Shown: piece by piece, positions 27,939 through 41,459 of the stretch
How positions within the stretch are numbered: the stretch's first letter is position 1
Layout: the number at the start of each line of letters is the position of its first letter
DNA from: Octopus vulgaris
Taxonomy: Eukaryota
DNA length: 64,000 bases
Reading direction: 5' to 3'
NCBI GenBank assembly: GCA_951406725.2
Contig: OX597816.1
Span: 92,442,001 to 92,506,000, forward strand
The notes under the pieces: model-generated
Databases searched by the model: none
What the model saw: the letters and a program-made list of their open reading frames with translations, nothing else
What the model was told of the DNA's origin: nothing
Translations under genes and position numbers: made by a program

Positions 27939-30900
27939 TTTTTTTTCCCTTCTTTCTTCAAATTTTCCTCCGTTTCTCGCCGAGTGTTTTCCATATACCT
28001 AGGGCAGAGAAGGGCATTGTATGCATTCCCAGATTACACGCGCAAATTCACAGATAAAATATGTAGTTAAAAATTAATAAATAAATAAATTCATGGATGG
28101 ATGTTATTTTCACAGCGATAGTGCTCTTCTCAGTACATGAGCCGTTCCAGTTAATACGATTTTTTGCACTTCCTGTAGGGATGGTGAGCTTTGAATCAGT
28201 TTCAAATAGGTTTCAGTACCTTTTTTTTTATCATTCCTAGAGATCCTACAATCATTGGTACTGTAGTCGCCTTGAGATGCCACATTTTTTCAATTTCTAT
28301 TAGCAGGTCTTTATATTTACTAATCTTGTAAATTCTTTCGCCGCTATATTGTGATCACAGGAATACTCGTGTCAATTAATAAACACATCCTTTTTGTCTG
28401 ATCTTTTATAATAATATCCGGTTTATTAGCTTTTATAGTCTTGTCGGTCTGCACAGGGAAGTCCCATAGGATCGACACATTTTCTCCCTCAGTCACAGCT
28501 TCAGGATGATGTTTATACCATTTGTAAGCGGTTTTGATTTCATAATGCCGACATATTGTCCAATGTAAATACTGGCCGACTCTGTCATGTCTTGCTTTAT
28601 ATTCTGCAAGTGCTAAGACTCTACACCCTGAGATTAGGTGGTCTATTGTTTCAATCTCATCATTACAGAATCGGCATTTTGGGTCAACTCCATTTTTCAT
28701 CACATTGGCTTGGTAGTTCCGGGTTAATAAGCTTTTGTCTTGAGCAGCTAATATGAAACCTTCACTCTCTGCTTTTAGCCCTGAGCTTCGTAACCATTGG
28801 TGCGTGTGTTTCTGGTCGACATCAGCTTGTTTGCTACGGGCCACATACTTGCCAAGGAGAGGTTTCTGTTCCCATCTGCTAGCTAAATTTTCATGTGCTT
28901 TTGTCTTTGCAATTAATTTTCTTTTCTTTGCAGCTGCAGTTGGTGTATTACCTTCAGCCTGATCAATCTGGTGGGTATCTAAGAGATCAGCAGCGAAATT
29001 TTTGCTCTCTTTGAGAATAGAGTGAAGTTTTTTCAGTCTTCCATGTTTTTCAACAAGTTTTAGATTCCAATCGTTGGTTGCTTCAAGGTATTTGGCCAGT
29101 CCGATTGTGGTGGTTTTGTATGTAAGTTCAAGCTGGATCAAACCTCGACCTCCCTGAGCTCTGGGAAGGTAAAGGCGATCCATGTCTGCCTTTGGATGGT
29201 GCATCTTATTACAAGTCAGTAGCTTGCGGATTTTTCCGTCAATTTTCATTATTTCACTGGTATTCCAGTTAAGCTATATAGAACAACTGGTACTGCTAAG
29301 GAATTTATGGCTAACACCTTATTATATGCATTCAGCTCAGACTTCAGGACTGCTCGAACTCTTCTATAACATTCTTTCCTAACCTTCTCTTTCATGCTTG
29401 CATGCTGGATACCAGAGCCTTCATTTATTCCTAGGTATTTATAGGTTTGTTCCTGCTCAAGTTCCTTTATGACTATTTCGACATCTAATTCGATTGAACT
29501 AGACTTTACCAATTTCCCTTTCTTAAAAGTGGCTTTGGCACACTTTTCAAAGCCAAACTCCATCCCGATATCATCACTGAATCCTTTCACAGTATGTAAT
29601 AATCCTTCAAGCTCTTCATCATCTTTGCCCTATAGCTTTAAATCATCCATATAAAATAGATGGCTTATTTTTCTGTTGTCAATTTTGTAGCCTTATCCTG
29701 TTCTATTCAGTTTACTTGAGAGTGGTATTAGTGCTATGCAGAAAATTAGTGGTGAAAGTGAGTCACCTTGGAAAATTCCACAGTTTATGCTAATGTTGTT
29801 TGAGTGCAATACTCCATTAGAATGATATAATTGGAGCTTCGTGTTCCACAGTGACATACTATACTTTAAAAAATCTGAAATCACAGGAGAAATTTTGAAA
29901 ATGTCCAGCGATTTCAGAATCCACGAATGTGGTATGCTATCAAAGGCTTTTTTATAATCAATCCATGAAGAGGTGAGGTTTCTGCGCTTGTTATGGCAGT
30001 TCTCAAGGATCATGCGATTAATTAGGAGCTGATCTTTGCATCCGTATGAGCCTCGTCTGCATCCTTTTTGTTCAGTGGGGAAGAGGTTATTCTCTTCCAT
30101 AAACGTATATGTTTTCTCTACTAGAATAGATGTCAAAATCTTATAGGTAGTAGATATACATGTTATAGGCCGGTAGCTTTTGGGGTCTTTCGTTTTGTTA
30201 TTTTGGGGGAGGAGGTAAGTAATACCATTTGCCATCCAATGTGGTGTTTTTTCCGGGTCTTTCATAATACTATTAAATAGTATTACTAACATTTTGTGTG
30301 CGGACGAGAGTGATGAGAGCCAGAAATTTGGTACTCTATCAATACCGGGGGATTTCCACTTATGAACTTTCGTTAGTGCCCTCCTTAGGTCGGCGATTGA
30401 GATGTCTTCCCATACCTGTTCTTGTAGATTTTTGTAGTCATCTTTGGTGCGTTTGATCCACTCTGCATTTTCATTGTATGGTTTCTCATCACTCCAGATC
30501 TCCTTCCAAAAGTTTTCAACTTCTTCCATTAGGGGTGGATTTTCAATGGTTATTTTTTCTTTCCCTATTTCCCTGTAAAATGATATGGCATTGGATTTGA
30601 ACATCTTATTTTGTTTGTAGAATTTGATTCTTTTCTCAAATCTGCGTATTCTCTGAGCTTTTGCCTGAACTTTTTGTTTAAGTGTTTCTTTCGCTGACAT
30701 TGGTTCTTCTCTTGTTGAGTGTCCATATTTTCTCACAATTTTCCTGCCTTTTATTGATCTTACATCATTTTCAGAGATTAGCTCAGTTAATATTGATATC
30801 TCCCTTCGCAATAATTCAATTTCAGTTTCAATTCTACTCCTCCAGTTTGATTTTCTTTTCGAATTTGGTATTGTTGGCTTTTTGGGTATTAAACAGCGTC

Positions 30901-31790
30901 TTTCGATTACCTTGGCGACAGAGTAAATAATTTCATTTAAATTATTAAGATCGGGTTTTAGTTGTTGTATGATTTCCTGTGTAACGCAGTTGCCAATTTT
31001 TATTTGTGTTTTATGTTGGTGTGCATTTGAGAGTTTATGGAGTGGTTCCCTATCATTCATAGTTGTATGGCCTACAACTGCAAGCTCATTCAGAACTTCT
31101 TGCTTCATTTCAATGATAGATTTTCTGTGTTGTTCAACAAACATGGGGTCTTCAAATTCTGTTTCGACATCATTTTCCGGGCTGTTTTTTCTAGGGTCAT
31201 TATATTTTCCTTCTTCTTCAGGATCTTGAGTCGTTTCGGCAGATGGTCGCCTTTCAGTCAATGCTTGTGGCCCAACATTTCTCTCCTCAGCTTCGTTATT
31301 TCTTTCCTGACTTACATTTAGGTCATTCTCTACCATTTTTTTAATAGAGGTTAATTCTGCATCTGTGAGTTTGGTATTTCTGAAGATATCTCTTCTAATA
31401 TTTGCTAATCTGTTTTCATCGAGGTTTGGTCTGCTAGCTGGATTCCGGCTCCTATAAATTGTGTAGGAGTCTGCGGTGTGTTTTTCTTGGGTTGGCCTAC
31501 TTAATGCAAAGTAATAAGCATGTATTACTTCTTTATATTCTTCCCGGTTCCATTTAGTTCCTTTACTCTTTTGATTTTCTGGTCATTTTGGTGGTGAACT
31601 TTGGGTGCTTAATTTGGGACAAATCCCATTTAAGTGACCTTCCAGGTTCGTATTCGGGGAAGATATTCTGTCATTTGAAAATTTTTTGCCATCAGGCTGG
31701 CAGCCTCCTGACGGGCGCGCTTCCTTTATAACCATTGGACAAGCGATTCGGTGTACTGTTAGAAATTTTCTTTTCAAGTAAAGTTAAATT
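27939..31790 (-). mobile_element. Near full-length R4/Dong element F (related but distinct family), single ORF with few disablements
   Basis: In-frame chain 31777-31583, 31336-29693, 29590-29249 broken by point stops, then a frameshift to 29249-28344; N-terminal KWNREEYKEVIHAYY...LDENRLANIRRDIF...LTDAEL domain, RT (WIDYKKAFDSIPH, GIFQGDSLSPL, YMDDLK), CCHC CRFCNDEIETIDHLISGC, RHD, KPDIII/IDTSIP, C-terminus VLTGTAHVLRR. Confidence 0.93.
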
Positions 31791-31809
31791 ATTATATAGG
31801 GGCCTCATT

Positions 31810-31903
31810 TATCATCATTAGCAGCAGCTGCAGCCCGAGTAGTTGTAGCAGCAGCAATATCATTGTCAGCAGTTGCAGCGGCAGTGGTAGTAGGAATAGT
31901 AAT

Positions 31904-31945
<42 letters not shown>

Positions 31946-32066
31946 ATTATCATTATTATTGATATCTTCCTCCTCCTCCTCCTCATCATCATCATCATCA
32001 GCAGCAGCAGCAGTAGCAGTAGTGGCAGTAGTGGCAGTAGTGGCAGCAGTAGCAGCAGCAGCAGCG
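31810..32066. repeat. Compound trinucleotide array (CAG/TTA/CCT/CAT/GTA)
   Basis: Directly visible. Confidence 0.9.
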
Positions 32067-33959
32067 TAACCTCATTAATTATTGTTATTTTGAAGTTGTA
32101 ATATGTGTTAAGCGATTTCTGCCATTGTTAATTCCGCCGTTTCTTTTGTATAATGCTGTAGACGTATCTATATTGCTGATTAAATTTATTATAAGCTTTT
32201 AGTATATAATATCAGACATTAACTCAGATGCTCTTGGTGTCCTCCAGGTGTAACGCAATTTTCTTTTACAAAAGGCTAAAGTAAATACAAATATCAATTA
32301 AATTGAGAATTTACAAATAATTAGATATTGCTTAAAACTTTAAAAAAAAAAGAAATAAAATTAAAACATGAAATGCATTTTTCTTCAATAATGTTTCGAT
32401 GATTCATAGTAATTTGCAACTTCCTGACGCCTGTTGTAAAAGAAAATAAAAAAGTCCTTTGCTTTAGAAAGAACTATATAATTGCCTTGTTGATGAGAAA
32501 GTCAACTTCTCGCAGATATATTGTTTAATTAATTTTGCATTAAATTTCATGTAAACACTCCATGATCAGAACTGCGAAGTTATTCAATAAATACAGATCT
32601 AATGAACAATTTTACTATTAGATGCTAACAATGAAGTTCAGCTTTGTCAAATCAATAATAGATTTTATCTTTTCTTATTCTTTTTTTTATTGGGAATATC
32701 ATTAATTAATGTTTAGACGGCGCCATAATTTTTTAACAATGAATTGAGTGAGCCTATTCAGCTATCATAATGGACGGTATATTGTCTAGCGCAACACTGC
32801 GACACTTCTCAAACTCCAATCTGTGATATTTCTCGTTCGAGTATGTAGTTAAATTATCTTAAATAAATTTACAATATCGCACCTGAAAGTTTATGTTTCA
32901 TTGATGTATTTTAATCGCTATAATCCTTATATCTGACAATCACATGCTTCTTCCAGAATTTAGCATAAAACTATTTTTAAGATTTAACCGACAAATTAGT
33001 CCACCAGTTTAATACTTATTAGTTAATTTTATTTTTGATTTGTTATTTCATTTTTCTTTTATCTAAGCGTTGAACCTTACGGATGTTTTGTGTTTTCAAA
33101 TTACATAATATGTTCATCTAATTAAGTTACTTTGTTGGTATTGCTATCTTTCTAACAATGTTTGGGTAAAAACTATGCAACAAGAAATTTCTGTGGTAAC
33201 TATCTGAGGTAAATAATAAAGAAAAAAATATGTCTTAAGCAGATCTGCGAAATCTGAAACTTTTCGAAGCCACCAGAACTATAAGATATATATATATATC
33301 TTGCGAACCTGGTAAAAAAACACAGTTCGTCTAGAGAACAAGAGCATGAAATAGTTGTACATATTGGATTAATCATCAGATATTAGTGGATACTTTGTAA
33401 TTTAGAATTTGATAATGAGAGACAACGCAGCAGATATCTAGAAAGGATATATTTATTTTGAAATACGAAAGTTGATAAAACTTTTAAAATAACTAAGCCA
33501 CTACGCAAATATTCATTTTCTAAGATTGCTGTGGTTTAGCTGTTCGAACATAGCAATGATCAATCTGTCTATTCTTAGACTTCATTTCAGGCGACATTAT
33601 GCAAGATGTCTTTCCCTTTTTTTTAAAGACGGTTAAGAAGGAGATCTGGCTGCTGTTTCTTGCAGATCAAGAGAATACGTAAATACCTTCTTATTTGTGA
33701 TTTTGCAAAATCTTTGTTGCGAAACTCTAAGTCAGCTTTGATCGGTTTATGCATACATGATCAGACCATCCCATGTTTATCCAAGAATTTCGTATTACTG
33801 GCTGCAATATTTAACTTGCCCATTTTAAGAAGCTAAAATGTGATTTGAAAGAGATTTGGCTACTAATCCTTGAAGTTCGTGACACCACGGAGATATCACA
33901 TCGTCAATTCACCTTTGCCTTCTATTTTGCAAATCAATCTTGCAACATGAAATAGTTAC

Positions 33960-34196
33960 CGTTTCTTTGTTTCAGTCACTGGACTGCGTCCATGCTGGGG
34001 TACCGCTTTGAAGGCCTTTTAGTCGGACGAATCAGTCCCAGGCCTAATTGTTTTCAAAGTTTGGTATTTAAACTCTCGGTTTCGTTTTTTGCCGAATTGC
34101 CAAATTACGTGGACGATAACAAGAATAAACGTCAGCTGTGAAGCAGTTTTAGGGGACTACTCAAAGACACATACATGCATGCATACACACACACAC
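33960..34196 (-). mobile_element. SINE 3' part (family of 43070-43411)
   Basis: TTTGTTTCAGTCA.TGGACTGCG.CCATGCTGGG..ACCGC...TTTTGCCGAA aligns to 43083-43260. Confidence 0.65.
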
Positions 34197-34210
34197 ATCT
34201 ATCTATCTAT

Positions 34211-35095
34211 TTCTATAGGGGATTAGTGGAGGGGAGGTACGACGACGATCTCGGGGCGAACCTGGGCGTCGACGAGGAATACTTGACTCGCCTGTTCAAG
34301 ACGACTTTCGATCCGAGACCTATGGACAACTTCCAGAGATCCCTGGCTTGGCAGTGCTATCGAGAAGCGCTACCCGTTCAGGATAAGCTCTACAGGCATG
34401 GCTCGAGAAACACGGGGCCGACCTGTCAGAGCGACGGACGAAACCGTTCTGCACGCACTAATACAGTGTCCAATCATTTCCGACCTGTGGGCCTATGTTG
34501 AACGACTGCTATGGGACGAGTCGGTTTATCAACCGAGTATATCGTGAATATTGTCGCGCCTCCTTCTTTGAAACGGGAAGGAAGAGCCATTTTCATCGCA
34601 CTTTTGGCTATGGCAAAAGAATGTGTATGGTGGATGCGTCTGAAACGTCTAGAGACAAACACTTTCCTCTCTGGTCAATCTCTCATCAGCTTCTTCAAGT
34701 ATCACTTGAAGAGGAAGGTGAGAGTAGAGAGGGACGTTTTGTCTAGTGTGAATGATAGAGCCAGCTTGAGCATAATCCTATGAACCAAAAGAAAAAAAAC
34801 CGAAAGGAAAAAAAGAGACCCACTTCCTATTTTCTTTTTGCATGACGCTATTGCCCAAGTTTCCCGTGGCCTTTTCCGTAGGCTTTTCTATCCACGGACA
34901 AACCTAATCAGTTTTCCTTTTTTACATTGATATTTCTTTGATACACGATCCCAATTGATCGGCCCCACTTTTTTTTCACTATCCCTTTTGATCAGAATTC
35001 GCCCCCTTTTTCATCCCCTTCTCTTTTCCCAAAAAGAAAAGCTCTACTTTGTATTTTGTCCATTCTGTGTTTAGCCCTGCGTGGCCAATAAAGAA
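34211..35095 (+). mobile_element. Tx1/L1-type LINE 3' fragment (zf-RVT/CCHC region, 3' UTR, AATAAA)
   Basis: FYRGLVEG...MDNFQRSLAWQCYREALPVQDKLYRHG...TC; ETVLHALIQCP in a shifted frame; AKECVWWMR; AATAAA at 35087-92 followed by (TATC)n. Confidence 0.75.

Positions 35096-35186
<91 letters not shown>
35096..35186. repeat. (TATC)n tract at LINE 3' end
   Basis: Directly visible. Confidence 0.97.
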
Positions 35187-35188
<2 letters not shown>

Positions 35189-36204
35189 CTTTTGCTTGTT
35201 TCAGTCCTGGAGCACCACATTGAAGAATTTTTGGTCGAATGAACTGACACCAGTACTTATTCTATTTTTAAGGCTTGGTACTTATTATTGCTCGATGTTT
35301 TAGGCACTAATCAATCCCTGTCTTTACACTGTATGGATGGTGGAAACTGAAGTTGAGGTATCGTCTAGTGAAGGTCGGCTTGCGGTATACGGATGTCCTG
35401 AATCCATACTTGGTGCGTGTTATTAATACTTCAGCTAGCATTCCTAGACGTATTAATACGCACCAAGTATGGATTCAGGACATCCGTATATCGCATGCGG
35501 ACCTTCATTGGACGGTACCTCAACTTCATTTCCCACCATCCATACAGTGTAAAGAGAGGGATTGCTCAGTGCCTTAAAGATCGAGCAAATAATATAAGTA
35601 GCGATCGTGATACACATTACGAAGAAATGATCAAGTTCAGTAAAAATCTATTAAGCAACACCTACCCCCAAAACATACTATCCACTCCAATTATGAAGAA
35701 AACAGAAGATGAAACCAATAAACTGTCCACAGTCTGTCTAACCTATGTGAAAGGCCTCCGAAAAGATACAAAACATATGCGGCCCATATGACATCAGGAC
35801 CGTATTCAAGAGTAATACAACACTTCGCAAATATCTCCTTCGAGTAAAATCACCAATAGAAGAGAATATGACCAAAAACTGCGTGTACTCCATCCCATGC
35901 AGCTCTGGTAGGTTATACAAAGGAGAAACATTCCGCTTCCTCAAAATAAGAGCAGAGGAACATCGCAAAGCTGTGACACGAGGAGATACTGATAAATCGG
36001 AGACCACATCCCCTTGTGAGGGTGAAGTTAAAATAATAGGCAGAGAACACCGCTGGAAAGTACGGAAACTAAAAGAAGCAGCGCATATGCTAGTACACAA
36101 TAACCTCCTAGCAGACCGAGTGCAGGTATGAATATGGGAACCGGTATTAAGGAAGGATAGGAAAATATTAGATTTATAATAGATTCATAACACCTAAAAT
36201 CCAC

Positions 36205-36277
36205 GGGCATATGGCGTAGTGGTTAAGAGCGCGGGCTACTAACCCCAAGATTCCAAGTTCGATTCCAGGCAGTGACC
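36205..36277 (+). other. tRNA-like (Pol III A/B box) segment within the Penelope terminal repeat; not a functional tRNA
   Basis: A box TGGCGTAGTGG, anticodon-like loop CT-ACT-AA, B box GTTCGATTCC, imperfect acceptor GGGCAT/GTGACC. Confidence 0.65.
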
Positions 36278-36291
36278 TGAATAATAATAAC

Positions 36292-36332
<41 letters not shown>

Positions 36333-36405
36333 TAATAATAATAATAATAATAACAACAACAACAACAGCAACAACATCGAATGAGAACCCAGATTCGAAA
36401 TTTCC

Positions 36406-36446
36406 CTGATGAAGGCTGGAGGGTATATCAGCCGAAACGTTGTGTT
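36406..36446 (+). ncRNA. Hammerhead ribozyme core, stem I 5' strand deleted (probably inactive)
   Basis: CTGATGA-A-GGCTG-loop-CAGCC-GAAAC-GTT identical to 4415-4450, but upstream GACAC is missing. Confidence 0.65.
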
Positions 36447-36485
36447 AGCAACAAAGAAGATGAGGACAAATATCTGTCAAATGTA

Positions 36486-36541
<56 letters not shown>

Positions 36542-36692
36542 TCGCAATCTCACGACAGAAACAAAGAAACGAAGATAAATAGAAAGATAGATAGATGTAT
36601 GTGTCTATGCATGTATGTGTTTTTTCTGTGTTTGTCCACTCACACTGACTTAGCGATTCGGCAAAAAACAAGCCCGATATTTTAAATACCAA

Positions 36693-37939
36693 CAGGAGTT
36701 GGACAAAATAATCGAAATACCTCGCATCATAGCATCATAATTTTGAAATATCTTTCAAACCTTCAAAAGTTTGTTTATATTCATGTTTTTTTATTCATTA
36801 TTCGTGTTGCTTAATATGTTTTGCTAAAATTGCTGTTTCTTTTCAGATATCATCAGAAAAAGGTAATTAAAATTCATTAAAATGATAGTTCTATCAGACT
36901 TTCAAAGAGATCAAATTGTTGATGTTCGTATAGCAGGGGCTAGCGTAACGAAAACAGCTGAAATGTTTGGTGTATCAAGAAGTACTGTCACGAAAGTAAT
37001 GACAGCCTTTGGGAAATTGGGAAAAACTTTCTCCTTGAAAAAAAGAATCCGGAAAAAAACCAAAAATCTTTTAGATATGGACCGTCGGACTCCTACGCGA
37101 ATAGTTAGAATGGATCACAAAATTACAGCTCTCAAATTACTCCAGAGTTTAACGTCCATGTCGAGAACCCAGTTTCCACAAAAACTGTTGGGAGCTGCAC
37201 AAAGCTGGATTTTGCAGGAGGGCTGCAATTAGAAAACCACTACTTTCAAATACAAACGTTGCAAAGCGTTTAGAGTGGAGTAAAAACCTATAGAATCGGT
37301 CCCTAGCGCAGTGGAAAAATGTTATTTTCCTGGATGAATCATCCTTTACCTTATTTACGACGACCAGCTAAGTATACGTGTGGAGACAGAAAAAAGAAGC
37401 ATTTGACCCAGACTGTCTTCTTCCAACTGCTAAGGAGGAGGATCTGTAATGATCTGGGGGCGGGTCAATGGTTTCCCTCCATGGCAGAATTTTATAGACA
37501 AGACTATTTAAGCGTTTTATCTGATCAAATTCATCCCATGGTTGCGGAACAGTTTCGGAGGGAAACGCAATCTTTCAGGATGGTAATGTACCAATTCACA
37601 CAGCTAAATTTGTTACTGAATGGCACGAGGAACATTCTAGTGAAGTTGAACATCTTATCTGGCCACCACAGTCCCCAGATCTCAATATTATTGAACATTT
37701 ATGGTGCATTTTAGAAAATCAAGTAAGGTGTCGATATCCTCCACAAACATCACTACAAGAAGTGCAGACTGTTTTAACTGAAGAATGGACAAAATTTCCA
37801 TTGAAAACAATTCAAACTTTGTACGAGTCTATACCTCGTAGAATTCAAGCTGCAATTACTGCCAAATGTGGTCCTACCTCATACTAAAATAAATTTGTTT
37901 GAAATTTTAAGGTGTTTCTATTATTTTCTCCAACCTCTG
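36693..37939 (+). mobile_element. Tc1-family DNA transposon, complete ends, decayed transposase
   Basis: ~30-bp imperfect TIRs (CAGGAGTTGGACAAAATAATCGAAATACCT / AGGTGTTTCTATTATTTTCTCCAACCTCTG-TA); LSDFQRDQIV..RIAGASVTKTAEMFGVSRSTV HTH; FQDGNVPIH; WPPQSPDLNIIEHLW. Confidence 0.92.
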
Positions 37940-38408
37940 TAATATTCAAAGAAGTCGTGATTTTTTTTCTTATTTAGTTTTCATTCACACTTCCACTTTT
38001 TGCACCAATCTTCTACTCATTTTTTCTCGTGGTTTCTCATGTACCAGCGTCCTGATTCTCAAATAGCAAAGACCATGTGTTCAAAATTTGTAGGTTGCTA
38101 GGCGACACAAGGCGCGTTATTAGAATCTGCCTAACCACGTGTCTTCATAGCAAGAAACTATCGGTAGCTCTTACATACAGACACAAAATCGTACACACAC
38201 TATTGTATATACATAAACATGCATATTTTTGGGCGAGTAGTTTGTGCAACGTGTAGTATATATACACATGCGCTCGCGCATAAAAATTTACACGTAAACA
38301 TAGGAATAATGAGAGGTGCAAATATACCACCCTAGGAGTCGTTGCAAACATTTATACACGCACACACAAACACAGACACTCACATGTACAAATACAAAAT
38401 ACACACGC

Positions 38409-38458
<50 letters not shown>

Positions 38459-38757
38459 TAATGTTAGTTATAACATTAACCCTTACACGAGAATTACAGT
38501 CATTAATAGAAAGTAAATATAACTGAAACCCAATAAAAAAGCTGATAAGCAAGAAGACATAATTAGGTAAACATTAACATGTTTTAATCCAACAAGCAAT
38601 CTAATTAAAATATTTAAAATAACATTCCCTTACATTTGCTAGCGGCTTAGTTATTATTGTTATTTCAGGAGCTTAATATCCAAAGACTAATTAATCATAA
38701 ATTTGTTATTCACACACACACACACACACATTCACGCACGTACACACATACATGCAT

Positions 38758-38808
<51 letters not shown>

Positions 38809-38970
38809 ATGGTTTTCCTTCTAAAGTATAGTGTGACCACCAGAGTATTCAGGATGCTCTGTTCTCGCATGAGATTTTCTATGGCGTTTTAGACAGACGT
38901 CCGCATTAATTGCACACTAGTTCTGTTGCAATTTAAACTGCCTGGTGTGTGTGATCATATGTATATATAC

Positions 38971-39005
<35 letters not shown>

Positions 39006-39738
39006 CGTGCGTGTGTATATATGTTTCTGTGTGTGTATATATGTATGCATGTATGTACGTATGTAGGTATGTATGAAAGAAGTTGAAAATGCAGTGGTAT
39101 TCGTCTAGATGTTTTAGTTTTAAACTTAAAGGATATAACCAGTTTTACAGATTACTCTGATTTTCAAAAGTTGATACAGAAAATAGTGGAGCTATGTTGC
39201 AACTGTTTTGCTTCTGATTAGAATGTAAAATTTATCTTGTTTGCATAGAGAGTGAATACGTAACTAAACATGTTCACTTAAGCGTGTTAGCCTTAGTTTT
39301 TGGCACAAAAAATAGTCATATCTTATTTACGTACGAACATAGCAGGGATCCTACAAACATTTCTAAGGCTATTTTACAGATAAAATTCAAACAGCTTTGA
39401 TTGTTTTGTATATCTTCACTCAATCATGACAGTTTTAACTTACAGCGTCAAACATAGTCGCATGACATTAAAGAAGGACGTAGCGGGGAACTTACAAAAA
39501 TGTCTAAACTTGTTCACGTGATCATCCTCAACCACTCAAAATGTATACAAAACAGATACTAAATTGAGCCATATTCTTTCTATAAAAACAAGACAATTTC
39601 TGAATTCCTGTCAGAATCAAGACAATGAAACCAGGCTAAGTTTTCAAAAATCAAAAGTTTAAGCGAATCCCAGTGTACTTTCAGTTTCTTTTTGCTTTTA
39701 TTCTAACTGTGTGGAATAGAATAACTTTGTTCTCTGTA

Positions 39739-39808
<70 letters not shown>

Positions 39809-40009
39809 AGAGAGAGTTGGCATGTGAAAGCACGTCGTTGGCTGTATAAAAGACAAAATAGAGTGAAAAAACTACAGAAGGCTTGCGTTATATGGTTAAA
39901 GAATATATTTAAATCGTTATGTTAGGAAAATTTTATAAAATTTTGCGTATGGTAACATTGTTTTAGGAGAAATAACCGGTTTCGTATTTTCTTTTAAAAT
40001 TTCTTTACC

Positions 40010-40960
40010 TATATTGTGTCATCACTTCGCTATGTTGGGAAATATGGAGTCCCAGATAGCGGAAGGTAATCAGGGATTTTTTCGGTATAAGGGAGATAAT
40101 AAAAAATGTTGGGAACGACTAGGTTTTATTAATTTAACATGATTTGGTTTAGAAAGAACAGAATGTTACAAGTAGTTAGGTTTTACTTTACATTTTTTCA
40201 ATGAGGTAAGTTTCCTTATTTAAAAATGTTAGAAATGGTTAAGTTTTGGCTTATATTTTTATAAGTTTTTATATCGTTGATGTTAGTATTAGCATTATTG
40301 CTAATATTATTAATAGTTGTAGTAGAGGTATGAGTGGCTGTAGTGGTTATAGTAGAGTTAGTATTGTTTGTATCAGTATTCCCATTAGTACTACCGTTGG
40401 TTTCAACTGTGCGCCCAGCTCCCTTATCTAGGTCTAAGTTGCTTAAATTGTTAGGGCTAGGGCTGTTGGTTATGTTATTGTGAAACGTGTTAGCGAGGGT
40501 TGTATGCATGTAGATAGTAAGAGCTAAGTTTACGTTTGTTAGATGAGGTGATAATAGATTCTATATTTGGTGTAGGAATAGGATAATTTTCAAGTGGATC
40601 TGTTAAAGACAGAATAGTATTTATGGTTACGTGGGAAATTAGGGTCTACTATTTCAAAGAATGCGTTAGCAAGGCCTTTAACTTTTAAAGCGAAATAGGA
40701 GTGTATACCAGAGAATTGATCTCCCACCACTTATATTAGGTAAATTTGGGGAAGTGGAATTCTTTCTATATGTTAGAGGAGAGTTGCAGGGTTTGATATT
40801 AGAGTTCTTAGATCGAGTGTTATGCGGTTGGGTGCTAGGTGGGCGAGATTGTCTGACTATAGTGGGAGGGTTTGGGAATCCAATATATGGGCGTGCCCGT
40901 AAAGCGTTAAATTCAGAGACGTGTTCTTTGAGTTTCGTGTTGGTTATAAACATAGTTATA
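40010..40960 (-). mobile_element. Possible 5' portion of a Penelope-like or other retroelement ORF
   Basis: Strand-biased, Asn/Thr-rich reading frame (40216-40509) followed by a decayed TCNILF segment resembling PLE N-termini; no catalytic motif seen. Confidence 0.3.
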
Positions 40961-40994
40961 TATACGTATGCATATATGTACATACATATATGTG

Positions 40995-41069
<75 letters not shown>

Positions 41070-41411
41070 TAGATGCTACTCAGAGTTTGTTTCATATCAA
41101 CTTTTAATAAATGTCCAATATTCGTTATAGCTGTGCATTGAGTTAAGTTTTAATATGTCGCTAGTTCACTTGAGCTCGCACACACACAAGCACACTGATA
41201 TTTCATTGGTTATCACAGTCCAAAAATTAAGAAGACCTATCTGACATTAAACAATTCAGTTGAATAGAATAATAATTTATTTATTTAATTATTTATTTAT
41301 TCATTTAAGTCATGAATGTCGCAGAAATAACGCATATTGCAAGCGAAAGATTTTCCTCTCAAAATCTACACACAGCTACAACCTTATATATATTTTCGTA
41401 TAAATGCATAC

Positions 41412-41459
<48 letters not shown>

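Larger units (their letters stand above)
35301..36492 (+). mobile_element. Penelope-like element, 5'-truncated: foldback, RT C-terminus, GIY-YIG endonuclease, terminal repeat
   Basis: LAFLDVLI...TSVYR(KP)T..GRYLNF.SHHPYSVKRGI (PLE RT thumb); KNCVYSIPCSSGRLYKGETFRFLKIRAEEH...RKLKEA (GIY-YIG); inverted 5' duplication; hammerhead core in the 3' repeat. Confidence 0.9.

Noticed and set aside
36205-36277. Possible tRNA gene
   Set aside because: Acceptor, anticodon and T stems have mismatches and it is embedded in a repeat; treated as tRNA-derived
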